Positions 46,780 through 58,687 of a DNA stretch of 64,000 nt are shown one piece after another (positions within the stretch are counted from its first letter, which is position 1; the number at the start of each line of letters is the position of its first letter). Made by a program: the position numbers and the translations under genes. Origin of the DNA: Macrostomum lignano (lineage: Eukaryota); contig NIVC01001253.1 of assembly GCA_002269645.1 (NCBI GenBank), forward strand, positions 62,001 through 126,000, read 5' to 3'. The notes beneath the pieces are model-generated. The model worked only from the letters and a program-made list of their open reading frames with translations. It was not told the origin of the DNA and ran no database searches.

Positions 46780-48425
46780 TTATTTGCCTCATTTCCCCTC
46801 TCATTCCCCCCTCATTTCCCCTCTCATTCCCCTCTCATTTCCCCCCATTTCCCCTCTCATTCCCCCTCATTTCCCCCCTCATTTCCCCTCTCATTCCCCC
46901 TCATTTCCCCCCTCATTTCCCCTCTCATTCCCCCTCATTTCCCCTCTCATTCCCCTCTCATTTCCCCCATTTCCCCTCTCATTCCCCCTCATTTCCCCCC
47001 TCATTTCCCCTCTCATTCCCCCTCATTTCCCCCCTCATTTCCCCTCTCATTCCCCCTCATTTCCCCCCTCATTTCCCCTCTCATTCCCCCTCATTTCCCC
47101 CCTCATTTCCCCTCTCATTCCCCCTCATTTCCCCCCTCATTTCCCCCCTCATTTCCCCTCTCATTCCCCCTCATTTCCCCCCTCATTTCCCCTCTCATTC
47201 CCCCTCATTTCCCCTCTCATTCCCCCTCATTTCCCCCCTCATTTCCCCTCTCATTCCCCCTCATTTCCCCCCTCATTTCCCCTCTCATTCCCCCTCATTT
47301 CCCCCCCTCATTTCCCCTCTCATTCCCCCTCATTTCCCCCCCTCATTTCCCCTCTCATTCCCCCTCATTTCCCCCCTCATTTCCCCCCCTCATTTCCCCT
47401 CTCATTCCCCCTCATTTCCCCCCTCATTTCCCCTCTCATTCCCCCTCATTTCCCCCCTCATTTCCCCTCTCATTCCCCCTCATTTCCCCCCCCCTCATTT
47501 CCCCTCTCATTCCCCCTCATTTCCCCCCCTCATTTCCCCTCTCATTCCCCCTCATTTCCCCCCTCATTTCCCCTCTCATTCCCCCTCATTTCCCCCCCTC
47601 ATTTCCCCTCTCATTCCCCCTCATTTCCCCCCCTCTCATTCCCCCTCATTTCCCCCCCTCATTTCCCCTCTCATTCCCCCTCATTTCCCCCCTCATTTCC
47701 CCTCTCATTCCCCCTCATTTCCCCCCCCCTCATTTCCCCTCTCATTCCCCTGTCATTTCCCCCCCTCATTTCCCTCTTATTTCCCCTCTCATTCCCCTGT
47801 CATTTCCCCCCCCTCATTTCCCTCTTATTTCCCCTCTCATTCCCCTGTCATTCCCCTCTCATTCCCCTCTTTTCCTCTCTTCCTCTCTCATCCTCCCTCC
47901 CATTCCCCTCTTATTGCCCCTCTTATCCCCCCTTTCATTCCCCTTTTTATTGCCCCTCTCATTCCCCCTCTTATTCCCCCTTTTATGGCCCCTCTCATTC
48001 CCCGTCTCATTCCCCCTCTCATTCCCTGTTTTATTGCTCTCTCATTCCCCCTCTTATTCCCCTTTTATTGCCCCTCTCATTCCCCCTCTTATTCCTCTTT
48101 TATTGCCCCTCTCATTCCCCCTCTTATTCCCCCTTTTATGGCCCCTCTCATTCCCCGTCTCATTCCCCCTCTCATTCCCTCTTATTGCCCCTCTCATTCC
48201 CTCTTATTGCCCCTCTCATTCCCCCTCTCATTCCCTGTTTTATTGCTCTCTCATTCCCCCTCTTATTCCCCTTTTATTGCCCCTCTCATTCCCCCTCTTA
48301 TTCCTCTTTTATTGCCCCTCTCATTCCCCCTTTTATTGCCCCTCTCATTCCCCCTCTCATTCCCCCTTTTATTGCCCCTCTCATTCCCCCTCTCATTCCC
48401 CCTCTTATTTCCCTTTCTCATTCCC
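46780..48425 (+). repeat. Pyrimidine-rich ~11-bp minisatellite (TCCCC(C/T)CTCAT)n
   Basis: Direct reading. Confidence 0.95.
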
Positions 48426-48834
48426 CACAATTTTCCTTTCAACTTTCCTAGCACTTCTCAGTTCATGCCTAAGCGAAAATGAAGCTTTCAATTATTTCTT
48501 AGTGCTTGCAAATTATTATGTAAGCTAAAATGGCTGCTTCACTGCTACAGCAAGTATTGATTCTGTCCCTTGACCGTGTAATTTCTAATACAATTTTTAC
48601 CCGTATTATTGAACCGCACCGCGTTGCTTCCTTGGCATTAGCTAATTGAATTGAACCAATCTCTATTCATATCTAGGTATCAATTGATTGCACTTGACTG
48701 ACAGCTAGCTCTGTTACTTTTTTACTTGATGTTTGTAGCTAACACGGGCCACTGTTGCTTATATTGCTTCTCAGTCTGCACTTATTTTACTTCCATATTT
48801 TGCTTTTCTATACGTATGGTAAATGAGGTATAAA

Positions 48835-51397
48835 CACACACCTGGGGGTAGAGAATATTTCGGTCAGGTGTGTACACCTGGAGGTAGAGAATATTTTGGG
48901 ATCAGGTCAGGTGTGTACACCTGGGGGTAGAGAATATTTTGGGGGTCAGTTGTGTACACCTGGGGGGTAGAGAATATTTCGAGGGTCAGGTGTGTACACC
49001 TGGGGGTAGAGAATATTTTGGGGGTCAGGTGTGTACACCTGGGGTACTTACTTACTTACTACTGACGGGGGCGCAGGCGCCGCGAATAGGCCGCGAGGCC
49101 CCTATCGCAACCCCAAGGTAAAAGAGCACAAGGATTAACCCTGGGGGTGCGCCCAGTCCCCGCCAGTAGTCGGCAGGTTCGCTGCTGCCTGTGGAGGCAT
49201 CGGCGACCCTCATCCGGCCGGAGTTCCGGACGAAGGCGCGCAGGTCACGGATATTGTCCGGGGTGGTTAGCTCGTCCATCCGCTGGGGGTGGCCGAGGTA
49301 TTTGTGCCGCGCCTTGTTGAAGTAAGGGCAGAAGGTGACGTGATGCTCTGCGGTCTCCTCTCCTATGCCACAGAAAGGACAGGTGGGAGGGCAATCGGTT
49401 TGCAACGATATATGTCTCTGGAAGAATCCATGACCGGTTAGGACCATGCACATCTCCCCGAGGTCAATTCTGTTAAGCGAAATCAGATAATCAGAGACTT
49501 TCCTGTTCAGGTTAGGCATGGCAGAGCGGCTCTGCCTGTACTCGGTGCAGCTGTTCCAGTAGAGCTGGTGCTGCTGATGGAGCCACCTGTTGATATGGCG
49601 GGTGACTTGCGACCTGGGGGTGGGTAGCCTCATCAGACGGTGGTTGCCGTCTGGGTTGCTGCCCTCCTTGGCGAGAGAGTCCGCGAGCTCGTTGCCCAGG
49701 ATGTTGCTGTGACCAGGTGTCCAGATAATTCTAATCCTGTTAAGGACTGAGAGAGATTGCACACTGCGGTGGCATTGAGATACTGTAGCAGCGGAGATAT
49801 TCTCAGTGGTTAAGGCCTTAATAGCAGCTTGGCTATCAGTGTAGAAATTAATGTCAAAGTTATTAATGTTCGCCTGAAGCAGTTGCTGGGCACTTTTCAA
49901 TGGCGCAAATTTCAGCTTGGAAACTGAGGTGTTCTCACCGAGGTGCAGACTACCTGGGGTAGAGAATATTTTGGGGGTCAGGTGTGTACACCTGGGGTAG
50001 AGAATATTTTGGGGGTCAGGTGTGTACACCTGGGGTAGAGAATATTTTGGGGGTCAGGTATGTACACCTGAGGTAGAGAATATTTTGGGGGTCAGGTATG
50101 TACACCTGGGGTAGAGAATATTTTGGGGGTCAGGTGTGTACACCTGGGGTAGAGAATATTTTTAGGGTCAGGTGTGTACACCTGAGGTAGAGAATATTTT
50201 GGGGGTCAGGTATGTACACCTGGGGTAGAGAATATTTTGGGGGTCAGGTGTGTACACCTGGGGTAGAGAATATTTTGGGGGTCAGGTCAGTGTGTACACC
50301 TGGGGGTAGAGAATATTTTGGGGTCAGGTCTGTACACCTGGGGGTAGAGAATATTTCGAGGGTCAGGTGTGTACACCTGGGGGTAGAGAATATTTCGGAG
50401 GTCAAGTATGTATACCTGGGGGTAGAGAATATTTTGGGGTCAGGTGTGTACACCTGGGGGTAGAGAATATTTCGAGGGTCAGGTGTGTACACCTGGGGGT
50501 AGAGAATATTTCGAGGGTCAGGTGTGTACACCTGGGGTAGAGAATATTTCGGAGGTCAAGTATGTATACCTGGGGGTAGAGAATATTTCGAGGGTCAGGT
50601 GTGTACACCTGGGGGTAGAGAATATTTCGAGGGTCAGGTGTGTACACCTGGGGTAGAGAATATTTCGGAGGTCAAGTATGTATACCTGGGGGTAGAGAAT
50701 ATTTTGGGGTCAGGTGTGTACACCTGGGGGTAGAGAATATTTCGAGGGTCAGGTGTGTACACCTGGGGGTAGAGAATATTTCGAGGGTCAGGTGTGTACA
50801 CCTGGGGGTAGAGAATATTTCGGAGGTCAAGTATGTATACCTGAGGGTAGAGAATATTTTGGGGGTCAGGTGTGTACACCTGGGGGTAGAGAATATTTCG
50901 AGGGTCAGGTGTGTACACCTGGGGGTAGAGAATATTTCGAGGGTCAGGTGTGTACACCTGGGGGTAGAGAATATTTCGGAGGTCAAGTATGTATACCTGA
51001 GGGTAGAGAATATTTTGGGGGTCAGGTGTGTACACCTGGGGGTAGAGAATATTTCGAGGGTCAGGTGTGTACACCTGGGGGTAGAGAATATTTCGAGGGT
51101 CAGGTGTGTACACCTGGGGGTAGAGAATATTTCGGAGGTCAAGTATGTATACCTGAGGGTAGAGAATATTTTGGGGGTCAGGTGTGTACACCTGGGGGTA
51201 TAGAATATTTTGGGGGTCAGGTGTGTACACCTGGGGGTATAGAATATTTTGGGGGTCAGGTGTGTACACCTGGGGGTATAGAATATTTTGGGGGTCAGGT
51301 CAGTGTGTACACCTGGGGGTAGAGAATATTTTGGGGTCAGGTGTGTACACCTGGGGGTAGAGAATATTTTGGGGGTCAGGTCAGTGTGTACACCTGA
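48835..51397 (+). repeat. ~39-bp minisatellite (TACACCTGGGGGTAGAGAATATTTCGAGGGTCAGGTGTG)n, interrupted by a LINE
   Basis: Direct reading; 13-aa periodic pseudo-ORFs; near-palindromic core CAGGTGTGTACACCTG. Confidence 0.95.
49047..49951 (-). mobile_element. 5'-truncated LINE (RNase H + C-terminal Cys/His domain; LOA/R1-like)
   Basis: [10 protein letters not shown] (frameshifted), [28 protein letters not shown]...CPFC...ETAEH...CP; (TAAG)n tail; 10-bp TSD ACCTGGGGTA (49037-49046, 49952-49961). Confidence 0.92.
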
Positions 51398-52224
51398 TTG
51401 TCGATAATTTCTGAGTTAACTCTATGATTATGTTTCATAGAGATGTGTTGTCAACCCTATCAATTAACCTCAGTTTTTTTACCAAAGTCTTTCATTATAA
51501 AGCCGCGAATAGCAGATCATATAAAGTTGATGCATCAAATATTATAATTAGAAACTATAAAGATATAAAGATCTCTTTATTTTTTATCACTGCCGCTTGT
51601 TATGCAGTTGCACCTTCTGATCTCGAACTTGTTATGACGTCTTTTTTTCAAAAGTTAACCCTGTTCTACATGTAGCAAAATGCTAGATTTTAATTTTAAC
51701 AGCGAAATTTTCCTAATTGATTGTTTTGTTAATTTTATTGCTTCACTTTAACTCGCTAGTCTAAGCTTTTGTTTACAAATTTCATTAAAATTTTCGCTTG
51801 CAATCTGTACTCATTGACGATCTAGTCAGCTGAAGAACGGCTGGTCACATTAACATGCTTTTTGCCTTAATAAAGTTTTAAATCATTTTATTTTTCTGTC
51901 CAATTCACAATGCCGGCTAGTTTAGTAAGGTAGGAATTTTTTTAAAGTTCTCTGTGCACTTGCTTTTCATCCTTTTATTATATATCTCCTAATAAGCACA
52001 AAATTCATCTGCTTTGCTAATGATGCGATTATAAATTGAACTTTATTCTTATTGATTTATTGCACAATTTATGATCAACGAATGACTGCCATCAATAGCT
52101 GGTTTCTTCATGCAATGCAGGCGCACCTTATGCTGCCGATTTTTCATTATATATTTTGAATATTGTTGCTTTTCAATGTGGTCGTTTTTCCTTGTTTTGT
52201 GATTATTGATCTTGGCGACAGCTC

Positions 52225-52967
52225 TGAGACAGACACAGACACACTGGGACAGACACTGAGACAGACACTGGGACAGACACTAAGACAGACGCTAAGAAAG
52301 ACACTGGGACAGATACTGGGACAGACACTAAGACAGACGCTAAGACAGACACTGTGACAGACACTGAGACAGACACTGGGACAGACACTGGGACAGACAC
52401 TGGGACAGACACTGGGACAGACACTAAGACAGACGCTAAGACAGACACTGTGACAGACACTGAGGCAGACACTGGGACAGACACTAAGACAGACACTGGG
52501 ACAGACACTAAGACAGACGCTAAGACAGACACTGGGACAGACACTGGGACTGACACTAAGACAGACACTAAGACAGACATACAGACAGACACTGAGACAG
52601 ACACTAAGGCAGACACTAAGGCAGACACTGGGACAGACACTGGGACAGACACTAAGACACACACTGGGATTGACACTAAGACAGACACTAAGACAGACAC
52701 TGTGACAGACACTGAGACAGACACTGGGACAGACACTGGGACAGACACTGGGACAGACACTGGGACAGACACTGGGACAGACACTGGGACAGACACTAAG
52801 ACACACACTGGGATTGACACTAAGACAGACACTAAGACAGACACTGTGACAGACACTGAGACAGACACTGGGACAGACACTGGGACAGACACTGGGACAG
52901 ACACTAAGACACACACTGGGATTGACACTGAGACACACACTGGGATTGACACTGAGACACACACTGA
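52225..52967 (+). repeat. 12-bp minisatellite (GACAGACACTGG)n
   Basis: Direct reading. Confidence 0.95.
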
Positions 52968-53554
52968 GGCTTTACCTTTCGAACAAAGAGAAGCGAACAG
53001 GGAAACCTGTATAAAAGGTATAAAATCGCAGTGTTATTACTTCACAAGACAAACGCTTCCGTCACCTGCTACAAGACCTGCACAGTGCCTACAGCTATCC
53101 CACATGGGCAATTGCACTGTAAATTGCATTGATAAATTTTATATTTGTCGAATTTTTATAGCACAATCGGTCAGTCAATGTGGATGAAACAGGGAGGGGG
53201 GGTTACCTACGCCGCTATAAAACCTGTTCCAGGTTGTAAACGGGACGGTCGAATGCCGCTGGCTGTCTGTCAACGCTTCTCAAATCTGTAGGGGGGGGGG
53301 AGGGTGTAGAGATTTGTTAACAGAGAGAACTGCAAGCTTGGAAGGAACAAGACTGACTGACTGACTATGCGATCCGGTCCTTATCAGCCGTGCCCTTCCA
53401 CTCCGATGGTAACTGGGAGGCTTGTTCTGCTGCATCGCGCATGGAGATCCCCCCTGGAAACATGGAGTCTGGAGTGTTGGGTCGGCCTATGCATGCATTC
53501 ATTTCTTTGCTAGCAAAATAAGTGGAAGCAAGTCTAATCTCATTGGAGCTTAAA

Positions 53555-54035
53555 TGGCGCCAAAATCTCGCTTGCGGCGCTTAAATAGCGCCAAAATCTT
53601 GCTCGCGGCGCTTAAATGGCGCTAAAATCTCAGCTGCGGCGCTTAAATGGCGCCAAAATCTCGCTTGCGGCGCTTAAATGGCACCAAAATCTCGCTTGCG
53701 GCGCTTAAATAGCGCCAAAATGTCGCTTGCGGCGCTTAAATGGCACCAAAATGTCGCTTGCGGCGCTTAAATGGCGCCAAAATTTCACTTGCGGCGCTTT
53801 AAATGGCGCCAAAATTTCACTGAAGGTGTTAAAAGGGCGGAAAAATCTCACTTGAGGCGCTTAAATGTCGCTAAAGTCTTACTTAAGGCGCTAAAATGGC
53901 GCCATAATCTTACTTGCGGCGCTTAAATGGCGCCAAAGTCTCACTTGAGGCGCTTAAATGTCGCTAAAATCTTAAGGTGTTCCAAAATCGCCAGAATCTC
54001 ACTTGCGGCGCTTAAATAGCGCCAAAATCTCACCT
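53555..54035 (+). repeat. 31-bp minisatellite (GCGGCGCTTAAATGGCGCCAAAATCTCGCTT)n
   Basis: Direct reading. Confidence 0.92.
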
Positions 54036-54682
54036 GCGGTTCACTTAACAGAAATTGAGGCAAGCTAAGAACACTGAACTCGCTCTCCAGACTCCTTTAC
54101 AGCAGTCACCTTGGCACGCCACCAATTCGACTTCGAACCCCAGCTTGGCAACAACCAGAAATTTTTATTTATCCCCATATAGCTTCCTTAATCCTTGGTT
54201 CAGGCGTTTTGGTGCCTATCTTCTCCAACTATTGCCCCGCGCGCCCTTAACACAAATTTTCTTTTATCATATAAACAATGCCTTTCTCTCCTATCTGCCT
54301 GGCTGCGTGTGTCTCCTGCTATCTCTAGCACTGCGCTCTCTATAACTGTTGCTGGCCTTTATGACTTTCACCCCGCAACTGCCTCACTCTCTCTCAGTTA
54401 GTTTGGCCGCAATTGTGCAAACATTCGCAGGCCGTGGTGTAGGTAAAAATTCGCGTTGGGGCTCCCGAAGAAGAGGGGATTTTTCAAATTCAGCTACCAA
54501 TTGGTTTGCGTGAAATTCTATACCAATTACAGTGTATATGTATGTGCCCGCCCGCTGAATCAGCTGGGGAGGGAGTTGGGGAGCTTCGGGTTTCAGTTCT
54601 ACCCAGTCATTCAGCTACCCAGCCTACCCTGACCCTCTTTAATAATTATTGTCCCATTCTTGCTGGCATGGACTTCTAGAGG

Positions 54683-55199
54683 CAGGAGCGTACGAAGAAA
54701 TTGTAATTTTAAGGGGCCGCAACCCTAAGTGGGGTGCCGATATTTGGTGTCTTAGTGGGCGCCCCTGTCTCTTGGTTGGCGCCCCTGTCTCTTGGTTGGC
54801 GCCCCTGTCTCTTGGTGGGCGCCCCTGTCTCTTGGTTGGCGCCCCTGTCTCTTGGTGGGCGCCCCTGTCTCTTGGTGGGCGTCCCTGTCTCTTGGTGGGC
54901 GCCCCTGTCTCTTGTTGGGCGCCCCTGTCTCTTGGTTGGCGTCCCTGTCTCTTGTTGGGTGCCCCTGTCTCTTGTTGGGCGCCCCTGTCTCTTGGTGGGC
55001 GCCCCTGTCTCTTGGTGGGCGCCCCTACCCTTGTCTTCTATGCCATGGTGAATGTCGCGTCTATAGAGGTGGAAAAAGTTGAGCAGTCATTTATTTGTCG
55101 GAGCTGGTTTGCCTCTTATTTAGTTTTTGTCTGAATGCAATTATTGTGGGAGGCTATGAGAGGGAGGGTAGCGCCCTCCCCTTGCCGCGTACACCACTG
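54683..55199. mobile_element. Possible hAT-like MITE containing a 20-bp array (GCGCCCCTGTCTCTTGGTGG)n at ~54758-55025
   Basis: Ends CAGGAGCGTACG / CGTACACCACTG imperfectly inverted; no TSD; the array itself is certain. Confidence 0.45.
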
Positions 55200-55469
55200 A
55201 CTAACATCACTAATAGATCCCTAGCGACTAAACTTTATTTAAGATAACCCCAGCTATGCGTTCAGTCACTTCCACAATGCAACGAACAAAACGCCGAAAC
55301 AACAGTGTTGTGAAAAGTTTTATGACCTGCCTGAAGTTAGCCAGTCAGCTGCCTGGGATTCTATCAGCGACACTATTATTACCTCTGATATGCCAGCGGC
55401 CCAGGCTCGATTCCAAGTGCAGTCAAATTGATTTGCGATTGAAGGACAACCACCCAAGGAGCAGTGAAG

Positions 55470-55650
55470 TGTACATGCCTAACGATAAATAAAGTTAGGG
55501 CCGCTGTACACTCCTGTGTGAGTGTGTGCCTGCCTACATTGCCTACTATACATATCCGCGCGCTTGTGTTTCTGCTCAGGGGAGTCGGCGGAATGGGCAG
55601 TAATGCCTCTCGCCGGTTGTGACAATGTCTTAAAGAGCGCAAAGTGCACA
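55470..55650 (+). repeat. Uninterrupted copy of the dispersed repeat found split at 13200-14560
   Basis: Sequence similarity by eye to both flanks of the 1195-bp insertion. Confidence 0.7.
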
Positions 55651-55655
55651 TGTCC

Positions 55656-56372
55656 CGGCAACTGAGGATCCCGGAAACTGAGGATCTGGGAGGCTGGCCC
55701 AGAGACTGAGGATCTGGGAGGCTGGCCCAGAGACTGAGGATCTGGGAGGCTGGAACAGAGACTGAGGATCTGGGAGGCTGGAACAGAGACTGAGGATCTG
55801 GGAGGCTGGAACAGAGACTGAGGATCTGGGAGGCTGGCCCAGAGACTGAGGATCTGGGAGGCTGGCCCAGAGACTGAGGATCTGGGAGGCTGGAACAGAG
55901 ACTGAGGATCTGGGAGGCTGGAACAGAGACTGAGGATCTGGGAGGCTGGCCCAGAGACTGAGGATCTGGGAGGCTGGCCCAGAGACTGAGGATCTGGGAG
56001 GCTGGCCCAGCAACTGAGTGTAGGCACCTGCTGCCCAGTGCTTGCATAATAAGTGTTTTTAGTCCTGGTGTGCATTTCCGATGTACATCCAATATTCTTG
56101 GCTTTCTGTTTTTAATGTACGCAGTCTCAACTGCAGGGTCGCTGCTAAATATATAAATCGATCGCACAGAGCCTACAATAGCTTAAGGCTTTATCGGCTA
56201 CACACAACACATAACTTTCTCTCTCTCGGCTTCGCTCTCTACACTGAGGATCTGGGAGGCTGGCCCAGAGACTGAGAATTTGGGAGGCTGGCTCAGCAAC
56301 TGAGGATCTGGGAGGCTGGCCCAGAGACTGAGAATTTGGGAGGCTGGCTCAGCAACTGAGGATCTGGGAGGC
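55656..56372 (+). repeat. 28-bp minisatellite (ACTGAGGATCTGGGAGGCTGGCCCAGAG)n, array 1
   Basis: Direct reading; interrupted by a solo LTR. Confidence 0.95.
56019..56243 (-). mobile_element. 225-bp solo LTR
   Basis: TGTAG...CTACA termini, 5-bp TSD CTGAG (56014-56018, 56244-56248) taken from the satellite unit; ATTAAA on minus strand. Confidence 0.8.
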
Positions 56373-56925
56373 GATGCATAAACGACTTTATATGTTCAAC
56401 TTTATGAACATTGGTTGCCTACTGAGCAGAGACGATTAAGTCAAGCCAAAACTTACATGTTAACACATCAAGTTGTTTTTTGAATGTTTAAATTGCATAA
56501 TTTGTCATCCAAGTTTTATTAACACTTGAATACTGCAGTTAAGCAAAAATTCGCTTCACAATAGTGACGAACAATATCAAAAAAGGCATCTTAATTTATT
56601 TTGACATCCAAGTTGACAATATTCTACATGACTATGTCTTCAATTAGCAAGGTATAAATAATTACGCGTATATAATTTTTAATTGTAGATATATACAAGT
56701 ACTAGCAGCTCTAATGTGCAATGATAGCACTGGGTTGCACTGGCGCAAGTGCGTCTTGTTATCAAATGGACTTTAAAGGACGTTAAAAGAGACGTTTGGG
56801 TTTGGGTTCGGCAGTTAGTTGTACCAGACCCGGTAGAACCGGTGAAGCAGACGGACCCTACAAGTGCACGACCACAAGCGCCTCTCAGGAACTAAAGCCT
56901 CTTAAAGTCTCTCATTGGCAGCATG

Positions 56926-57444
56926 TTAAACAAAACTGACAGTAGTATACGGCGTTCTCAGCTTTTTACCGACAGTGCCTACAGACTGAGTCGAAGATTT
57001 CCTCGCCGAAGCTGGCGTGCCGACCGAGTCATCGTGTCGAAGAGTTGCTCCGGTCTGACCCGCCGCTGTCGATGTCTCAGCCAGGTGATCCTCGGCGTCT
57101 TCGCTGCCAGGCGCGGCGGGACCGGATCCGTGCATGAGCAGCTGCGAGTAGTTGCCACCGATCGCTTCCATCTCAGCTGGACGAAGCGACGGACGAATTG
57201 TCTGATAGGACGAGGCCACTCCGGCTACTGGTTGAGGTAGAAAATTGCTGCTTCCATTGCGTTGAAGCAGGTTTCGCGACTGTGTGGCAAACAGGAGCTG
57301 CTGCTGCTGCTGCGGCTGCCGCTTGCCATCCGGGTAGTTGTAGTAGCCTGGCGGAGGTGAAGATTCGATGCTCTGTCGTCGACGCCGTGTGTCAAGTGCG
57401 AATGCCTGAGCCGATTGAAGCTGCTGCTGCTGCTGCGTAGCGGC
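56926..57444 (-). CDS. Terminal exon of an unidentified gene (polyQ, low-complexity C-terminus)
   Basis: Acceptor TTCCAG|GCC; 519-nt open frame AATQQQQQLQS...QPQQQQQLL...VASSYQTIRP...TTVSFV*. Confidence 0.55.
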   Translation of the reverse strand, partial: AATQQQQQLQSAQAFALDTRRRRQSIESSPPPGYYNYPDGKRQPQQQQQLLFATQSRNLLQRNGSSNFLPQPVAGVASSYQTIRPSLRPAEMEAIGGNYSQLLMHGSGPAAPGSEDAEDHLAETSTAAGQTGATLRHDDSVGTPASARKSSTQSVGTVGKKLRTPYTTVSFV

Positions 57445-57481
57445 CTGGAAGTTTGATGGAAGTTGATTTTTTTTTTATAAT

Positions 57482-58239
57482 CAGGGATTGGCAATTAACT
57501 CCGGCCCGTGGGCCCTCTATCCGGCCCTCGGGTCCTTTGAAACGTTACAATAGCGGTCCGGCCTGCTGAAGGTTCGTGTCTCTTCTAGCTGCCTTCTCTC
57601 TAAGCTCCTCTCTTCTCTCCTCTCTTCTCTCCTCTCTTCTCTCCTCTCTTCTCTCCTCTCTTCTCTCCTCTCCTCTCTCCTCTCTTCTCTCCTCTCTTCT
57701 CTCCTCTTTTCTCTCCTCTCTTCTCTCCTCTCTTCTTTCCTCTCTTCTCTCCTCATTCCTCTCTTCTCTCATGTCTTCTCTCCTCTCTTCTTTCCTCTTT
57801 CCTCTCTTCTCTCCTCTCTTCTCTCCTCTCTTCTTTCCTCTTTCCTCTCTCTCTCCTCTCTTCTCTCCTCTCTTCTCTCCTCTCTCTCTCTCTCTCCTCT
57901 CTTCTCTCCTCTCTTCTCTCCTCTCTTCTTTCCTCTTTCCTCTCTTCTCTCATCTCTTCTCTCCTCTCTTCTTTTCTCTTTCCTCTCTTCTCTCCTCTCT
58001 TCTCTCGTCTCTTCTTTCCTCTTTCCTCTCTTCTCTCCTCTCTTCTCTCCTCTCTTCTCTCCTCTATTCTCTCCTCTCTTCTCTCCTCTCTTCTCTCCTC
58101 TCTTGTCTCCCCTCTCCTCTCCCCTCCCCTCTTTCCTCTCTGCTCTCCTCTCTTCCTCTCTCCTCTCTCCCCTCTGCCCCCCAGTCATGCACTAGGTTCT
58201 TTATCTGGCCTTTGAGAAGAACTAGTTTGTCGGCCCCTA
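57482..58239 (+). mobile_element. Fourth copy of the CT-core hAT MITE, lying in an intron
   Basis: CAGGGATTGGCAA...CCGGCCCGTGGGCC start; CT-rich core; CAGTCATGCACTAGGTTCT shared with the 8851-9476 copy; end TTTGTCGGCCCCTA. Confidence 0.7.
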
Positions 58240-58592
58240 GTTTAGTCCGAAGTTTGAAGCGAGAAATTCCATGGTTGGTTTTGTGTTCTCGGGAGAAATT
58301 GGCGTAGAAAACGCAGTTTGGGTGTACAGTAGATCTCAAAACTTAATGGGAAATGGGAATTTCCTAGACTGGTTGATAGTTATCATCTAAGAATTGCCCA
58401 CCGTTTCCTAATGACACCTTTTCTATCTTGAAGCTACATTGAATGGGCATGAGTTTGTTTGCAACAGGAATGGCTATTTTTTAAATAGATGACATGTATC
58501 CGCCCCCCCCCCCAAGGGGGGCGCGGGGGTTAGTGCGCTAGTCCTATCTACTAACTTTAGAAATAACCTCCGAAGGCAATAATATGACTCAC

Positions 58593-58687
58593 AGATTTCG
58601 CCAGCAGAGACCTGTCAACGCCAATTTGCTGCGGCAGCGAGATATCCTTGCCAGACATCCCGACTCCTCTGCAGTGCCTCTTGTCCG
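58593..58687 (-). CDS. Penultimate exon of the same minus-strand gene
   Basis: TTTCAG| DKRHCRGVGMSGKDISLPQQIGVDRSLLAKS |GTGAGT; ends phase 0, matching the 57444 acceptor. Confidence 0.55.

Noticed and set aside
51815-51850. CTGAAGAACGGC hammerhead-like start in an AT-rich stretch
   Set aside because: No stem II closure or GAAA, and no recognisable Penelope ORF nearby
55390-55420. B-box-like GGCTCGATTCC suggesting another SINE head
   Set aside because: No A box at the proper spacing and no SINE body
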